Shown here one piece after another: positions 7,536 through 19,531 of a DNA stretch of 36,801 bases (the stretch's first letter is position 1; each line of letters opens with the position of its first letter). The DNA is taken from NCBI GenBank assembly GCA_964487475.1, contig CAZAPM010000006.1:85702-122502 (forward strand), in the 5' to 3' direction. The stretch is from an uncultured Planctomycetales bacterium (GTDB taxonomy: Bacteria > Omnitrophota > Gorgyraeia > Gygaellales > Profunditerraquicolaceae). The translations under genes were made by a program, and so were the position numbers. The notes beneath the pieces were generated by a model. That model saw only the letters and a program-made list of their open reading frames with translations. It was not told the origin of the DNA and did no database searches.

Positions 7536-8447
7536 TTATGACGGCCTCGATTTCCAGCGCCGGTGGATCCATCCCCACTCCTGCGGATAGGCCCTGATAT
7601 ATCTCTCTATGATATCCGTGATCTTCTGTACGTTCAAGACCAGGGTCTCCTGCGAAGTCGCGCCCTCCGCCAGCTCCAGCGCCGGCTCGAAGATCAGACG
7701 GTGCGTATCACCCTTCTCCCGTACGATGAAACAGGGCAGGAGCGCCGCTTTGGTCCGCTGCGCCAGCACCACCGGCCCGGTCGCAGTCGCCGCCTTGGTG
7801 CCGAAAAAATCCACAAAAACCCCGGAGGTACCGAAATTCTGGTCCATCGGGATGAAGACCAGCTCGTTGTTGCGCAAATATCGCAGCGTAGTCTCGACAC
7901 AGGTGGTCCGCGGCTGGCTGCAGATGGTCTTGATCTTCATCAGCGCCCGTTTTTCATTGAACATGCGGTCGGTGCGCGCATCCCGCATCGGCCGCATGAT
8001 CCCGGAAACCGTGTATCCTTCGGCCGCCAGCTTCCCCAGCATCAGCGGAAAGTTACCGAAATGCGCGCTGACCAGGATCGCGCCTTTTCCCCGGGCCAAG
8101 GCGGCATCCAGATGCTCCCGGCCCTCGAAACGCACCTGCGACTTAAGCAGCGCGGGCTTGTCGAAAAAGAACATGATCTCCATGGCCGACTTCGCCATGT
8201 GGTCGAAACACTGCTTGGCGATACTCCTGATCTGCGCCGGCGATTTCTCCTTCCCGAAGGCGATCGACAGGCTGGAAAGCGCGATCTTGCGCTGTTTGCC
8301 GGCAAAAACATAACCCAACCCGGCGATGGCGTGCGCAAACCCCAGCACCCAGACGCGCGGAATGACCCGCATCGACATAAAACAGAAGTTCAAAAAGACC
8401 CACCCGACAAGATACGAGATATGCTTGCGAAATTTTTTCATGTCCAT
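7536..8447 (-). CDS. Lipid A lauroyl/lysophospholipid acyltransferase (LpxL/HtrB family)
   Basis: SAHFGN, MDQ, FVDFFG and YPQEWGWIHRRWK motifs. Confidence 0.85.
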   Translation of the reverse strand: MDMKKFRKHISYLVGWVFLNFCFMSMRVIPRVWVLGFAHAIAGLGYVFAGKQRKIALSSLSIAFGKEKSPAQIRSIAKQCFDHMAKSAMEIMFFFDKPALLKSQVRFEGREHLDAALARGKGAILVSAHFGNFPLMLGKLAAEGYTVSGIMRPMRDARTDRMFNEKRALMKIKTICSQPRTTCVETTLRYLRNNELVFIPMDQNFGTSGVFVDFFGTKAATATGPVVLAQRTKAALLPCFIVREKGDTHRLIFEPALELAEGATSQETLVLNVQKITDIIERYIRAYPQEWGWIHRRWKSRPS

Positions 8448-8452
8448 ACCGT

Positions 8453-8461
8453 ATTGTACCA
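8453..8461 (-). promoter_or_regulatory. Extended -10 promoter, probably leaderless, for the acyltransferase
   Basis: TGG-TACAAT ending 5 nt before ATG 8447; no SD sequence. Confidence 0.5.
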
Positions 8462-8493
8462 GAAAATCCCCGGAATTACCAACCCCCGGAGTA

Positions 8494-8979
8494 TCAGCGT
8501 TTATATCCTATCTGGCGCAGGAGAGACTTGCGCCAGGCCACGTCCTTTTCATCCTCTATCCCCTTCGGGGAAGCGCCGTCCACGACCCCCAGGATCCCGC
8601 CGCCGTTTGGGGTCCGCGCCACGATCACCTCCACCGGATTCGCGGTCGCGCAGAAGATCCCGCACACCTCAGGCACGCTCTTGACCGCATTGAGCACGTT
8701 GATGGGGTACACGTTCTTCAAAAAGATGTAGAAGGTGTGCCCCGCCGCCACTTCCTGCGCGGCATGTCTGGCCAAGTCCGCCATCTGCGGATCCGTCCCC
8801 TCCACTCGTATCTTGCAGGCGCCGGAAGCCTCGCAGAACGCCACCCCAAAAAGCGCTCCCGGAACGCAGTTGACCACCGCCTCATACAGGTCTTCCACGG
8901 TCTTGATGAAATGGCTCTGCCCGATGATGACGTTCACCTCCGCCGGCTTGGACAACGCGACCGAAACGATCTCAACCAT
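8494..8979 (-). CDS. Adenosine-specific kinase-like protein (DUF355 family)
   Basis: GQSHFIKTVEDL, FCEASG, AGHTF, YPINVLN, CATANP and GVVDG motifs. Confidence 0.85.
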   Translation of the reverse strand: MVEIVSVALSKPAEVNVIIGQSHFIKTVEDLYEAVVNCVPGALFGVAFCEASGACKIRVEGTDPQMADLARHAAQEVAAGHTFYIFLKNVYPINVLNAVKSVPEVCGIFCATANPVEVIVARTPNGGGILGVVDGASPKGIEDEKDVAWRKSLLRQIGYKR

Positions 8980-10450
8980 TCTGCCCTCCTTGCAGCACGA
9001 TCTTGCGAAACCCGATCACATCAGCGGGAGTCCCCCCGTTGTAGCATTTCATCGAGGCCAGGACGAACTCGGGGTCTCCCAGCGTACGCAGAGGCACCCG
9101 CAGCACCGCCACATGCGCCCCCAGCGCGATCTCGACCCCCGAAACGGGGACCTGCCGCGCGCCGTCAAACACCCGGACCTTCTTATGTTTGGTCAATATC
9201 CTTATCTTGGGCATCTGCGCAAAAGGCGTTTCCCGCCGGTACCCGAAAAGATACGCCTGCGTGCCGAAATGGATGTTGGTTTCCGCGTTCTTCTCGATCT
9301 TGATCAGCAGGTCGCCGTTTTCCAGCGCATAGCTCACCCTGCCGCGGACCTGAGGCGCCGGTTCTTCCTGGGAGATAGTCTCCTCCGTCTCTTCCTCCTG
9401 CTTGCGGCTGGAGAACAATTCGGAGATCCCGAAGAACTCCCTGGCCTTATCCAGCAGGGACAGCCTCGCAGGTGCGGCCTGCGACGCTTCCCGGCGGGGA
9501 CGGGTCAGCGCCACCTCGGGAAAATCCCCGTAGAGCTCGTTCTTCCTGGCGAACGCCAGCAGGTAGAACGCATGGGAGGCGGTTTGGCTCCGGTACTTCA
9601 AAATGGCTTCGTGTTTCTTCTCCAGCTGTTCCGGGGTCAATTCATAGGAAAGCCAACGCACGGACGCATGGTCGAATTTCTTCGCAGGCTCTAAGCTTAG
9701 CTCGGGGTGATAATGCCTGGGCAGCGGCCAACCCACGCTGTGCACCAGGTAAGGGTACACTTTCGGCGCAGGCGTCAACCGCAGGTCCGCCAGCGCCACC
9801 TGCAGGAAAAGATACAGGCTTTTATGGTCCACGTTCACGTCTGCAGGATGGGACACGAAGATCTTGGTAGGCGCGAAATCCTTCAGCACGCGCGTAAGGT
9901 CTTCCAGTATCATCTCGCCGGAATAAGGGGCCCCGGGAGAAAGGTTCTCCTTGTAAGGCACCGCGGAGATACGGGTAAGCCAGCTCTTGTACGGCGTGGC
10001 CTTACCCCAGTGCCACCGGAAGATGGTGAACGTCCCGAAATCGGGATATCCCAGAAAGGTCAGATCGGAGGGGTCCAGCCCCAAAAGCCGCATCCCTTCC
10101 ACCGATTCGCTGCGGCGCTCCTTCCCCAGCTTGATGAAATCCTTCTGCAGGAAGACCAGGCGCTTTTCGTACACAATGAACGCGAACTGGTTATGGTCTC
10201 CGTTGGTAAGGAATGCCACGTGCACTTTGGCGCCGGCTTCGCGCGCCGCCTGGATCGCTCCGGCACAGGCGATCGCCTCGTCATCCGGATGGGGGGCCAG
10301 GACCAATACCCTGTCTTCGGCCGTAAAAGGCTCGAGACGCGCCAAAGGGACGGGAGACACGGGAATATCCTGCCCGCGGGCAACGGACCCGGGCAAGAGC
10401 AGCGCCGCGATAAGTACGCTTAAAAGGTTGATTCTCATACGCATAGACAT
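8972..10450 (-). CDS. Exported PIG-L/LmbE-family N-acetylglucosaminyl deacetylase with a C-terminal extension
   Basis: APHPDDE, TNGD, LGYPD and HPAD..DH motifs; signal peptide; start uncertain (10438-10450). Confidence 0.8.
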   Translation of the reverse strand: MSMRMRINLLSVLIAALLLPGSVARGQDIPVSPVPLARLEPFTAEDRVLVLAPHPDDEAIACAGAIQAAREAGAKVHVAFLTNGDHNQFAFIVYEKRLVFLQKDFIKLGKERRSESVEGMRLLGLDPSDLTFLGYPDFGTFTIFRWHWGKATPYKSWLTRISAVPYKENLSPGAPYSGEMILEDLTRVLKDFAPTKIFVSHPADVNVDHKSLYLFLQVALADLRLTPAPKVYPYLVHSVGWPLPRHYHPELSLEPAKKFDHASVRWLSYELTPEQLEKKHEAILKYRSQTASHAFYLLAFARKNELYGDFPEVALTRPRREASQAAPARLSLLDKAREFFGISELFSSRKQEEETEETISQEEPAPQVRGRVSYALENGDLLIKIEKNAETNIHFGTQAYLFGYRRETPFAQMPKIRILTKHKKVRVFDGARQVPVSGVEIALGAHVAVLRVPLRTLGDPEFVLASMKCYNGGTPADVIGFRKIVLQGGQNG

Positions 10451-10534
10451 TATGGTGAGGTATCCTAGCACACAACAAATGCAACGCAAAGACTTTTTGG
10501 TGCAAAATGACGGCGGATGGTATATACTATCCCT

Positions 10535-11413
10535 ATGAACGCAGCCGCATTAGGTATCCATTACGCCAAGGTCCGCCGGGTGCTCCTGCAGGTGCTCCTG
10601 CTTAACTGGCTGGTCGCCGCGGCGAAACTGGTCCTGGGATATGCCACTTCCTGCGCCAGCATGTCCGCGGACGGGTTCCACTCCTTTGCCGACGGCGCTT
10701 CCAACATCATCGGCCTCGTGGGCATTGCTTTGGCCTGCCAACCCAAAGATAAAGAGCACCCCTACGGGCATAAAAAATACGAGACCCTCTTTTCCCTGGT
10801 CATCGCCGCCATGCTCTTTTTCATCTGCTGGAACCTCCTGCTGCAGGGGATACATTCGCTGCGCGACCCCAAAACCCCGGAAGTCTCCAGCGCAAGTTTT
10901 ATAGTAATGGCCGTCACGCTGCTCATCAATATCGCGGTCACCCGCTACGAAAAAGCCCGGGGCACCGCCCTTAAAAGCGACATCCTCCTCGCCGATGCCA
11001 TGCACACCCGCGCGGACATCCTCACCTCGTCCGCGGTCATCGTTGCGTTGATCGGCATTTCCGCGGGATTCCCCCTGATCGACCCCCTCGCTACCTTCCT
11101 TATCTGCGGGTTCATCGCCAAAGAAGCGGTGGCAATATTCAAGAAAAGTTCGGCCGTGCTCTGCGATACCGCCATCATCGTAGACGAAAAAATGGTTTCG
11201 GACGTAGTCCTGGGAATAACGGGGGTCAAAGCCTGCCACAATATCCGCTCCCGGGGAAGGCCGGACGATATCTACATCGACCTGCACGTGCAGGTGGACT
11301 CCCGCATGCAGGTGGATAAAGCCCACCGGATCTGTTATGCCATCGAGGACGCCCTGCGCTCCGCGATCCCGGAAGTCTCCGACGTAGTGGTGCACATAGA
11401 GCCGCAGGACTAG
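10535..11413 (+). CDS. Cation diffusion facilitator (FieF-like) transporter
   Basis: ADGFHSFAD, HPYGHKKYE, DAMHTRAD and VVVHIEP; ATG lies 6 nt after TATACT. Confidence 0.9.
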   Translation: MNAAALGIHYAKVRRVLLQVLLLNWLVAAAKLVLGYATSCASMSADGFHSFADGASNIIGLVGIALACQPKDKEHPYGHKKYETLFSLVIAAMLFFICWNLLLQGIHSLRDPKTPEVSSASFIVMAVTLLINIAVTRYEKARGTALKSDILLADAMHTRADILTSSAVIVALIGISAGFPLIDPLATFLICGFIAKEAVAIFKKSSAVLCDTAIIVDEKMVSDVVLGITGVKACHNIRSRGRPDDIYIDLHVQVDSRMQVDKAHRICYAIEDALRSAIPEVSDVVVHIEPQD

Positions 11414-12573
11414 CGACGCGCGGTCTCGCGGCGCAGGATACAGGCGACACCGATACTCGCCGCCAGCCCCATCCCCGCTCCCACGCTAAACGCCGCCCAC
11501 GAACCGTACATTTTCCACAACATCCCTGCGAGCAGGGACGCCGGAAGAAGCCCCACCCCGACGAGCATGCCGTGCGTACCCATGACCGTGGCCTTGAGGT
11601 GCGGCGGCGCCAGCTCCGCCAGAAGCGCTTTTTCCACCCCCTCAGTACAGGCCATGAAAAGTCCGTACACCGCGAAAAGCCACCAGGCCGCGGCCAGGGA
11701 ACTTGTCAGGGCGAACCCCGCATACACCAGCCCGTACGCGGCATACCCCGCGACCAACAAAGCCCTACGGCCGATCCTGTCGGAAAGCCGGGCCGCAGGA
11801 TAGCTTACCGTACTATAGATGACGTTATATCCCAGATACATCAGGATCACCTGCGGAAGGGTCGCACCCAGTTCCCGGGCCCGCAGCAGCAGGAACTGAT
11901 TCGAAGAGTTGCCCAGCGTAAAAATGAAGGCGAACGCCAGAAATCCTTTCAGCCGCGGGTCCAGCTGCTTCCAGGCAAAACGGGGAAGCTCCCTGGCCGG
12001 CGCAGCCGCAGGGACGGACGCCTTCTCCCGCACCAGAAACAGGACCCCCACCCCCGCTAACGCCGGGATAACGGAGATCAGGAAGATGACCCGCAGGTCG
12101 CCTGTGAACCTGGTGACCAGAAGAAACGCCAGCGCCACCCCGATGCAGGCGCCCAGGGTATCCATGGCCCGGTGCAAACCGAACGCCGCTCCGGCGCCGC
12201 GCGAGGAAACGACGCTCTCCGCGATCAGCGCATCGCGGGGCGCAGTGCGCACCCCTTTGCCGAAACGGTCGATGAGGCGGCCGGCCAACACCTGGCCCCA
12301 TCCTCCGGCGGCGTAGAGGAACACCTTACCGACGGTCGAGCAGAAATATCCGGCGATGGTAAAAGGACGGCGCCGTTTCATCCGGTCGGAGAAGTACCCC
12401 GCGAAGACCTTGAGCACGCTGGCGAGGCTTTCCGCGAACCCCTCGATCACGCCCAGCAACGCCGGGCTGGCACCCAGCTGCGACACCAGGAAGACAGGTA
12501 AAAGAGGGTACACCATCTCCGAGGAGATATCGGTCAGCAGGCTGGTGATCCCCAACAACACCACGTTGTTCAT
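11410..12573 (-). CDS. MFS transporter
   Basis: LTDISSEM, DRFGKGVRTAPRDA, FGLHRAMD and LSDRIGRR motifs. Confidence 0.9.
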   Translation of the reverse strand: MNNVVLLGITSLLTDISSEMVYPLLPVFLVSQLGASPALLGVIEGFAESLASVLKVFAGYFSDRMKRRRPFTIAGYFCSTVGKVFLYAAGGWGQVLAGRLIDRFGKGVRTAPRDALIAESVVSSRGAGAAFGLHRAMDTLGACIGVALAFLLVTRFTGDLRVIFLISVIPALAGVGVLFLVREKASVPAAAPARELPRFAWKQLDPRLKGFLAFAFIFTLGNSSNQFLLLRARELGATLPQVILMYLGYNVIYSTVSYPAARLSDRIGRRALLVAGYAAYGLVYAGFALTSSLAAAWWLFAVYGLFMACTEGVEKALLAELAPPHLKATVMGTHGMLVGVGLLPASLLAGMLWKMYGSWAAFSVGAGMGLAASIGVACILRRETARR

Positions 12574-12583
12574 CCGCTCCCCC

Positions 12584-14061
12584 TTACCGCTTTTTCCGGC
12601 GGAAGATCCAGGCGCTCGCGGCCGTCAGCGCGCATACCGCCACCCACCAATCCCCCAGCTTTCCGTACACCGTCCCCGCCCCGGCTGCGGCAACCTGCGC
12701 CGCGACCGTGCCCGGCACAAAGATCTTCCTGCCCGACGCATCCTGCACCAAAGAGACCACCCTGCCCCGCGGATCGATGCACGCCGAGACACCGGTATTC
12801 GCTGCCCGGCACACCCACACCCTGTTCTCCACCGCGCGCAGGATCGAAGCCTGGCAGTGCTGCCAGGCGGCGGGGCTTTTTCCGTACCAGGCGTCATTGG
12901 TGATGTTGATCAGGACTTGCGCGCCGGAGGCCACGAACGCGCGGCTCAACTCCGGGAAAAGGTCCTCGAAACAGATCAAGGAGGAGAATCTGACCCCGCA
13001 CTCCAGAGAAAATACCGTCCGCTCATTCCCGGGGGTGATATCCCCCAGCTCGTTGATCACGGGAATGAAGGAGAATGCGCGGCGGAAGGGAACGAACTCC
13101 CCGAACGGGACCAGATGCACCTTCCGGTACTCCTGCGCGCGCGCACCCTGCGCATCGAGCAGCAGCGCGGCGTTATAATAACGGTCCTCCTCGCGGGTCA
13201 CGGCACCGGCCAGCAGAGGAACGCCTTCGGCAGCCACCCCCTGGGAAAGGGCGAGGAACAGCTGGGGAGTCTCTTCGACGATACCGGGATAGGAAGCTTC
13301 CGGCCAGACCACCAGGTCCGGCCGCTTCTCCTGCCCTGCGGCGCTGCGGTAAAGTTCCAGGTGACGGCGGAGGATGAACTCCCGGTGCCTCGGGTCCCAC
13401 TTGAGCTCCTGAGGGATATTCCCCTGCACCACGGAGATCGTACAGGACCTCGCAGCAGACGGCGCACCCTCCCCCTTCATCTTCACGGCCCCATAGGCTC
13501 CTGCCGAGATCAGCAGTATCAGCGCGCACGCCGCAGCCTTACCCTTGTCCGCCAAAGGGACCTTTGCCTCGAGACAGAACGCGAGCGCGACATTCGACAC
13601 CATCACCAGAAAAGAGACCAGCCACACCCCGCCGATATCCGCGGTCTGCACCAGCCAGGGGGTCCCGGCCTGGGAATTCCCCATAAGCGCCCACGGCAAT
13701 CCGGTAAAAAGATGGCTGCGGACAAATTCCAGAAGGACCCAGAGACAGGGAAGCGCGAAGAAACGGCGGGAGAAAGAAAGGGGTGCGCGAAGCAGGTACG
13801 CATACCCGGCGGAGAATATGGCGGGATACAAGGCCAGATATGCCAGCAGCACCGCGGTGCCGAGGAACGTCACATGGACCAGCCAATACATCGTCACCAG
13901 CCAGAACACGGCGCCGAAGGCCAGGCCAAGGACAAACGCGTTGCGCACGCCCGCGCCGGAAAGCATCAACAGCCACGGGACGAACGCTCCCCAGGCCAGG
14001 AACCCGGCTGCCGGATGCCAGAAGGATATCCCGGCCAATGTTCCCGCGGCGCTACACCAGG

Positions 14062-14077
<16 letters not shown>
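12584..14077 (-). CDS. lnt: Apolipoprotein N-acyltransferase
   Basis: [27 protein letters not shown] and RAANTG motifs. Confidence 0.95.
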
Positions 14078-17016
<2,939 letters not shown>

Positions 17017-17017
17017 A

Positions 17018-18125
17018 TCACTCCTTGGGCATTGACTGCTGTTTCAAGAAAGCCTCGATGAACGGATCGAGGCCTCCGTCCATTATCTTATTGGTGTCGC
17101 CGGTCTCATGGCCGGTGCGGTGGTCCTTGACCATGGTGTAGGGGTGCAGCACGTAGGAACGGATCTGGCTGCCCCATTCGATCTTCTTCTTCTCGCTGCC
17201 CACCTGCTTCTGCAGCTCCTGGTCCTTGCGCTCCTGCTCGAACTCGTAAATGCGGGCCTTGAGGATCTTCATGGCGGTCTGCTTGTTCTGGAACTGCGAA
17301 CGCTCGTTCTGGCACTGCGCCACGATGCCCGTGGGAAGATGGGTGATGCGCACCGCGGAATCCGTGGTGTTCACGCTCTGCCCTCCCGCTCCCTTGGAGC
17401 GGTATACGTCGATCTTGAGGTCCTTTTCCTCGATCGGCAGATCGATCTCCTCTTCGACTTCGGGGATCACGTCCACCGAGGCAAAGGAAGTATGCCGCCG
17501 CTTGTTCGAATCAAAGGGGGAAATACGCACCAGCCGGTGCACCCCCCGCTCCGCCTTGAGATACCCGTAGGCGAAAGGCCCCTCCACCATCAGGGTCACG
17601 TTCTTGACCCCCGCCTCTTCCCCTTCCAACAGGTCGATGGTCCTGACCTCCCAGCCGTGGGATTCGGCGAAGCGCCGGTACATCCGCAAAAGCATCCCTA
17701 CCCAGTCGCAGGACTCGGTCCCGCCGGCGCCGGCATTGATGCTCAAGATCGCGTTGCTGCGGTCGAACTCTCCGGAAAAAAGGGTCTTGAACTCCAGCTG
17801 GGATATTTCGGTGTGCAGGAAGGCGACATCGCGCTGCAGGTTCTCCAGAAGCCCGGGATCATCCGGCCCGGCCAGGGCGGCGAACTCGATCCCTTCCTGA
17901 AACTTGGCGTTCGCCTGCTGCCAGGGTTCCACCACGGTCTTTAAGACCTTGAGCTCCTTGACCACCCGCGCCGAAGCCTCCGCGTCGTTCCAGAACCCCT
18001 CGGAGGCCATCAGACGGTTCAGTTCCTCTATCCGGGAAAGTTTCGCATCGACGTCAAAGACACCTCCGCAGTTGCTGGAGTTGCGACCCCAGGGAATCCA
18101 GGCGGGACTTGATGTCTTCGATCAT
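17018..18125 (-). CDS. prfB: Peptide chain release factor 2 with programmed +1 frameshift
   Basis: SPF and GGQ motifs; the 23-codon first frame [23 protein letters not shown] ends at CTT TGA C, and the +1 frame continues [20 protein letters not shown]. Confidence 0.97.
18053..18067 (-). promoter_or_regulatory. prfB frameshift signal (internal SD plus CTTTGAC)
   Basis: GGAGG-TGT-CTT-TGA-C on the minus strand. Confidence 0.95.
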
Positions 18126-18144
18126 GGCGTTACCTTTCGGAGGA

Positions 18145-19236
18145 TTATTTGCGCTTGAAACCGCGCAGGAAAAGAGAGAACTCTTCCTTATTGTCGGAAT
18201 ATTCGGCGGCGACCTCTTCGTTGACCTTGCCGTCGTTGACGAGCCTCGCCAGCGACTGATTGAAGGATTGCATCCCGAACACCTCGCCGTCCTCGATGAA
18301 CTGGGGGATCTCCCAGGTCTTGCCCTCGCGGATAAGGCGGCTCACCGTAGGGGTGAGCAGCATCACCTCGTATGCCGGGATGCGGCCCGTCCCCTCCTTC
18401 AGGGGAAGCAGGCGCAGGGAAATGACGCCCTTGAGCAGGCTGGAGAGCTGGGTACGGATCTGCTGATGCTGGTGCGGCGGGAAAAAGTTTATGATGCGCT
18501 CCACCGTCTGCGCGGCGTTGACGGTGTGCAGGGTGCTGGTCACCAGCACGCCGGTCTCCGCGGCGGTCAACGCGGCGGACATGGTCTCGTAATCGCGGAT
18601 ATTGCCGATATAGATGACGTCCGGGCTCTGCAGGGTGAACGCTTTCAGGGCCACCGAATAGGAGGCCACGTCTATCCCTAAGTCGCGCTGGTTGATCAGG
18701 GAGCTCTTATCCTTGAAGGTGAACTCGATGGGCTCTTCGACGGTCAGGATATGCCGGTGGCTGGTCTGGTTGATGTACTCGATCATGCTCGCGATGGTGG
18801 TGGACTTGCCGCTTCCCGCCGCGCCCGTCAAAAGCACCAGCCCGCGCTTCTCGGCGGAGAGGGTGCGCAGCACCTCCGCCGGAAGATTGAGCTCCTCGAA
18901 GGTGGAGATGTAATCCCGGATATTACGGATGACGATGGAAGGGGAGTTGCGCTGCATAAAGACGCTCACGCGGAAACGGCGGGAGAATTCCTTCATATAC
19001 AGCGCGAAATCGATGTCCAGGGCGAAATCGATGTCCAGGCTCTTGCGGAACTTCTCGCGCTGGTCATGGGTGGTGATATCGTCCACGGCCTTGATCACGT
19101 CTTCCACCGAAAGCTTCTGTTCGCCGAACGGGACCAGGACCCCGTCGATCCTGATCTGAGGGAACCCTCCGGCGCGGAAAAAAAGGTCCGAGCCGTCCTT
19201 TTGCACCATCTCCGCCAGCAATTCCTTGATGTTCAT
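18145..19236 (-). CDS. PilT/PilU-family type IV pilus retraction ATPase homolog with degenerate Walker B
   Basis: SDLFF, RFRV, GAAGSGKST, TVEEPIE, AAETG, TLHT and GMQSFNQSL; Walker B reads VIYIGNIRD. Confidence 0.9.
   Translation of the reverse strand: MNIKELLAEMVQKDGSDLFFRAGGFPQIRIDGVLVPFGEQKLSVEDVIKAVDDITTHDQREKFRKSLDIDFALDIDFALYMKEFSRRFRVSVFMQRNSPSIVIRNIRDYISTFEELNLPAEVLRTLSAEKRGLVLLTGAAGSGKSTTIASMIEYINQTSHRHILTVEEPIEFTFKDKSSLINQRDLGIDVASYSVALKAFTLQSPDVIYIGNIRDYETMSAALTAAETGVLVTSTLHTVNAAQTVERIINFFPPHQHQQIRTQLSSLLKGVISLRLLPLKEGTGRIPAYEVMLLTPTVSRLIREGKTWEIPQFIEDGEVFGMQSFNQSLARLVNDGKVNEEVAAEYSDNKEEFSLFLRGFKRK
19004..19039. repeat. Exact 18-bp tandem duplication inside the pilT-like gene
   Basis: GCGAAATCGATGTCCAGG twice, encoding LDIDFA LDIDFA. 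Confidence 0.95.
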
Positions 19237-19260
19237 CCGTACCCTCCTGCGTTGGGGACA

Positions 19261-19289
19261 ATTATAACATCGATTGGATGATTTGTCTT
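19261..19289 (-). promoter_or_regulatory. Probable promoter of the pilT-like-prfB-secA-lnt run
   Basis: AAGACA-17-TATAAT with an extended -10 TGT, followed by an AGGAGG RBS. Confidence 0.55.
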
Positions 19290-19531
19290 TCCAAATCTAA
19301 GAGCGTGCGCTTGGCCTTCACCCCCCAGGCGTATCCGCCGAGTGCGCCACCGGAAGCCACCACCCGGTGACAGGGGACCAGCAGGGGCCAGGGGTTCTTT
19401 TTCATGGCCTGTCCCACCGCCCGGGCCGCCTTAGGGTACCCGGCCTGCCGCGCCACCCACTGATACGTACGCACCTCTCCCAGGGGGATACGCATGACCA
19501 CCCGGTATACTTTTTTCTCGAACTCCGTCAT
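19262..19531 (-). CDS. Minimal O6-methylguanine-DNA methyltransferase (MGMT/Ogt C-terminal domain only)
   Basis: IPLGEVRTY, ARAVG, NP, PCHRV and GGY motifs in 89 aa. Confidence 0.88.
   Translation of the reverse strand: MTEFEKKVYRVVMRIPLGEVRTYQWVARQAGYPKAARAVGQAMKKNPWPLLVPCHRVVASGGALGGYAWGVKAKRTLLDLERQIIQSML

Noticed and set aside
18011..18125. prfB as a truncated gene or pseudogene
   Set aside because: Fully explained by the canonical programmed frameshift.
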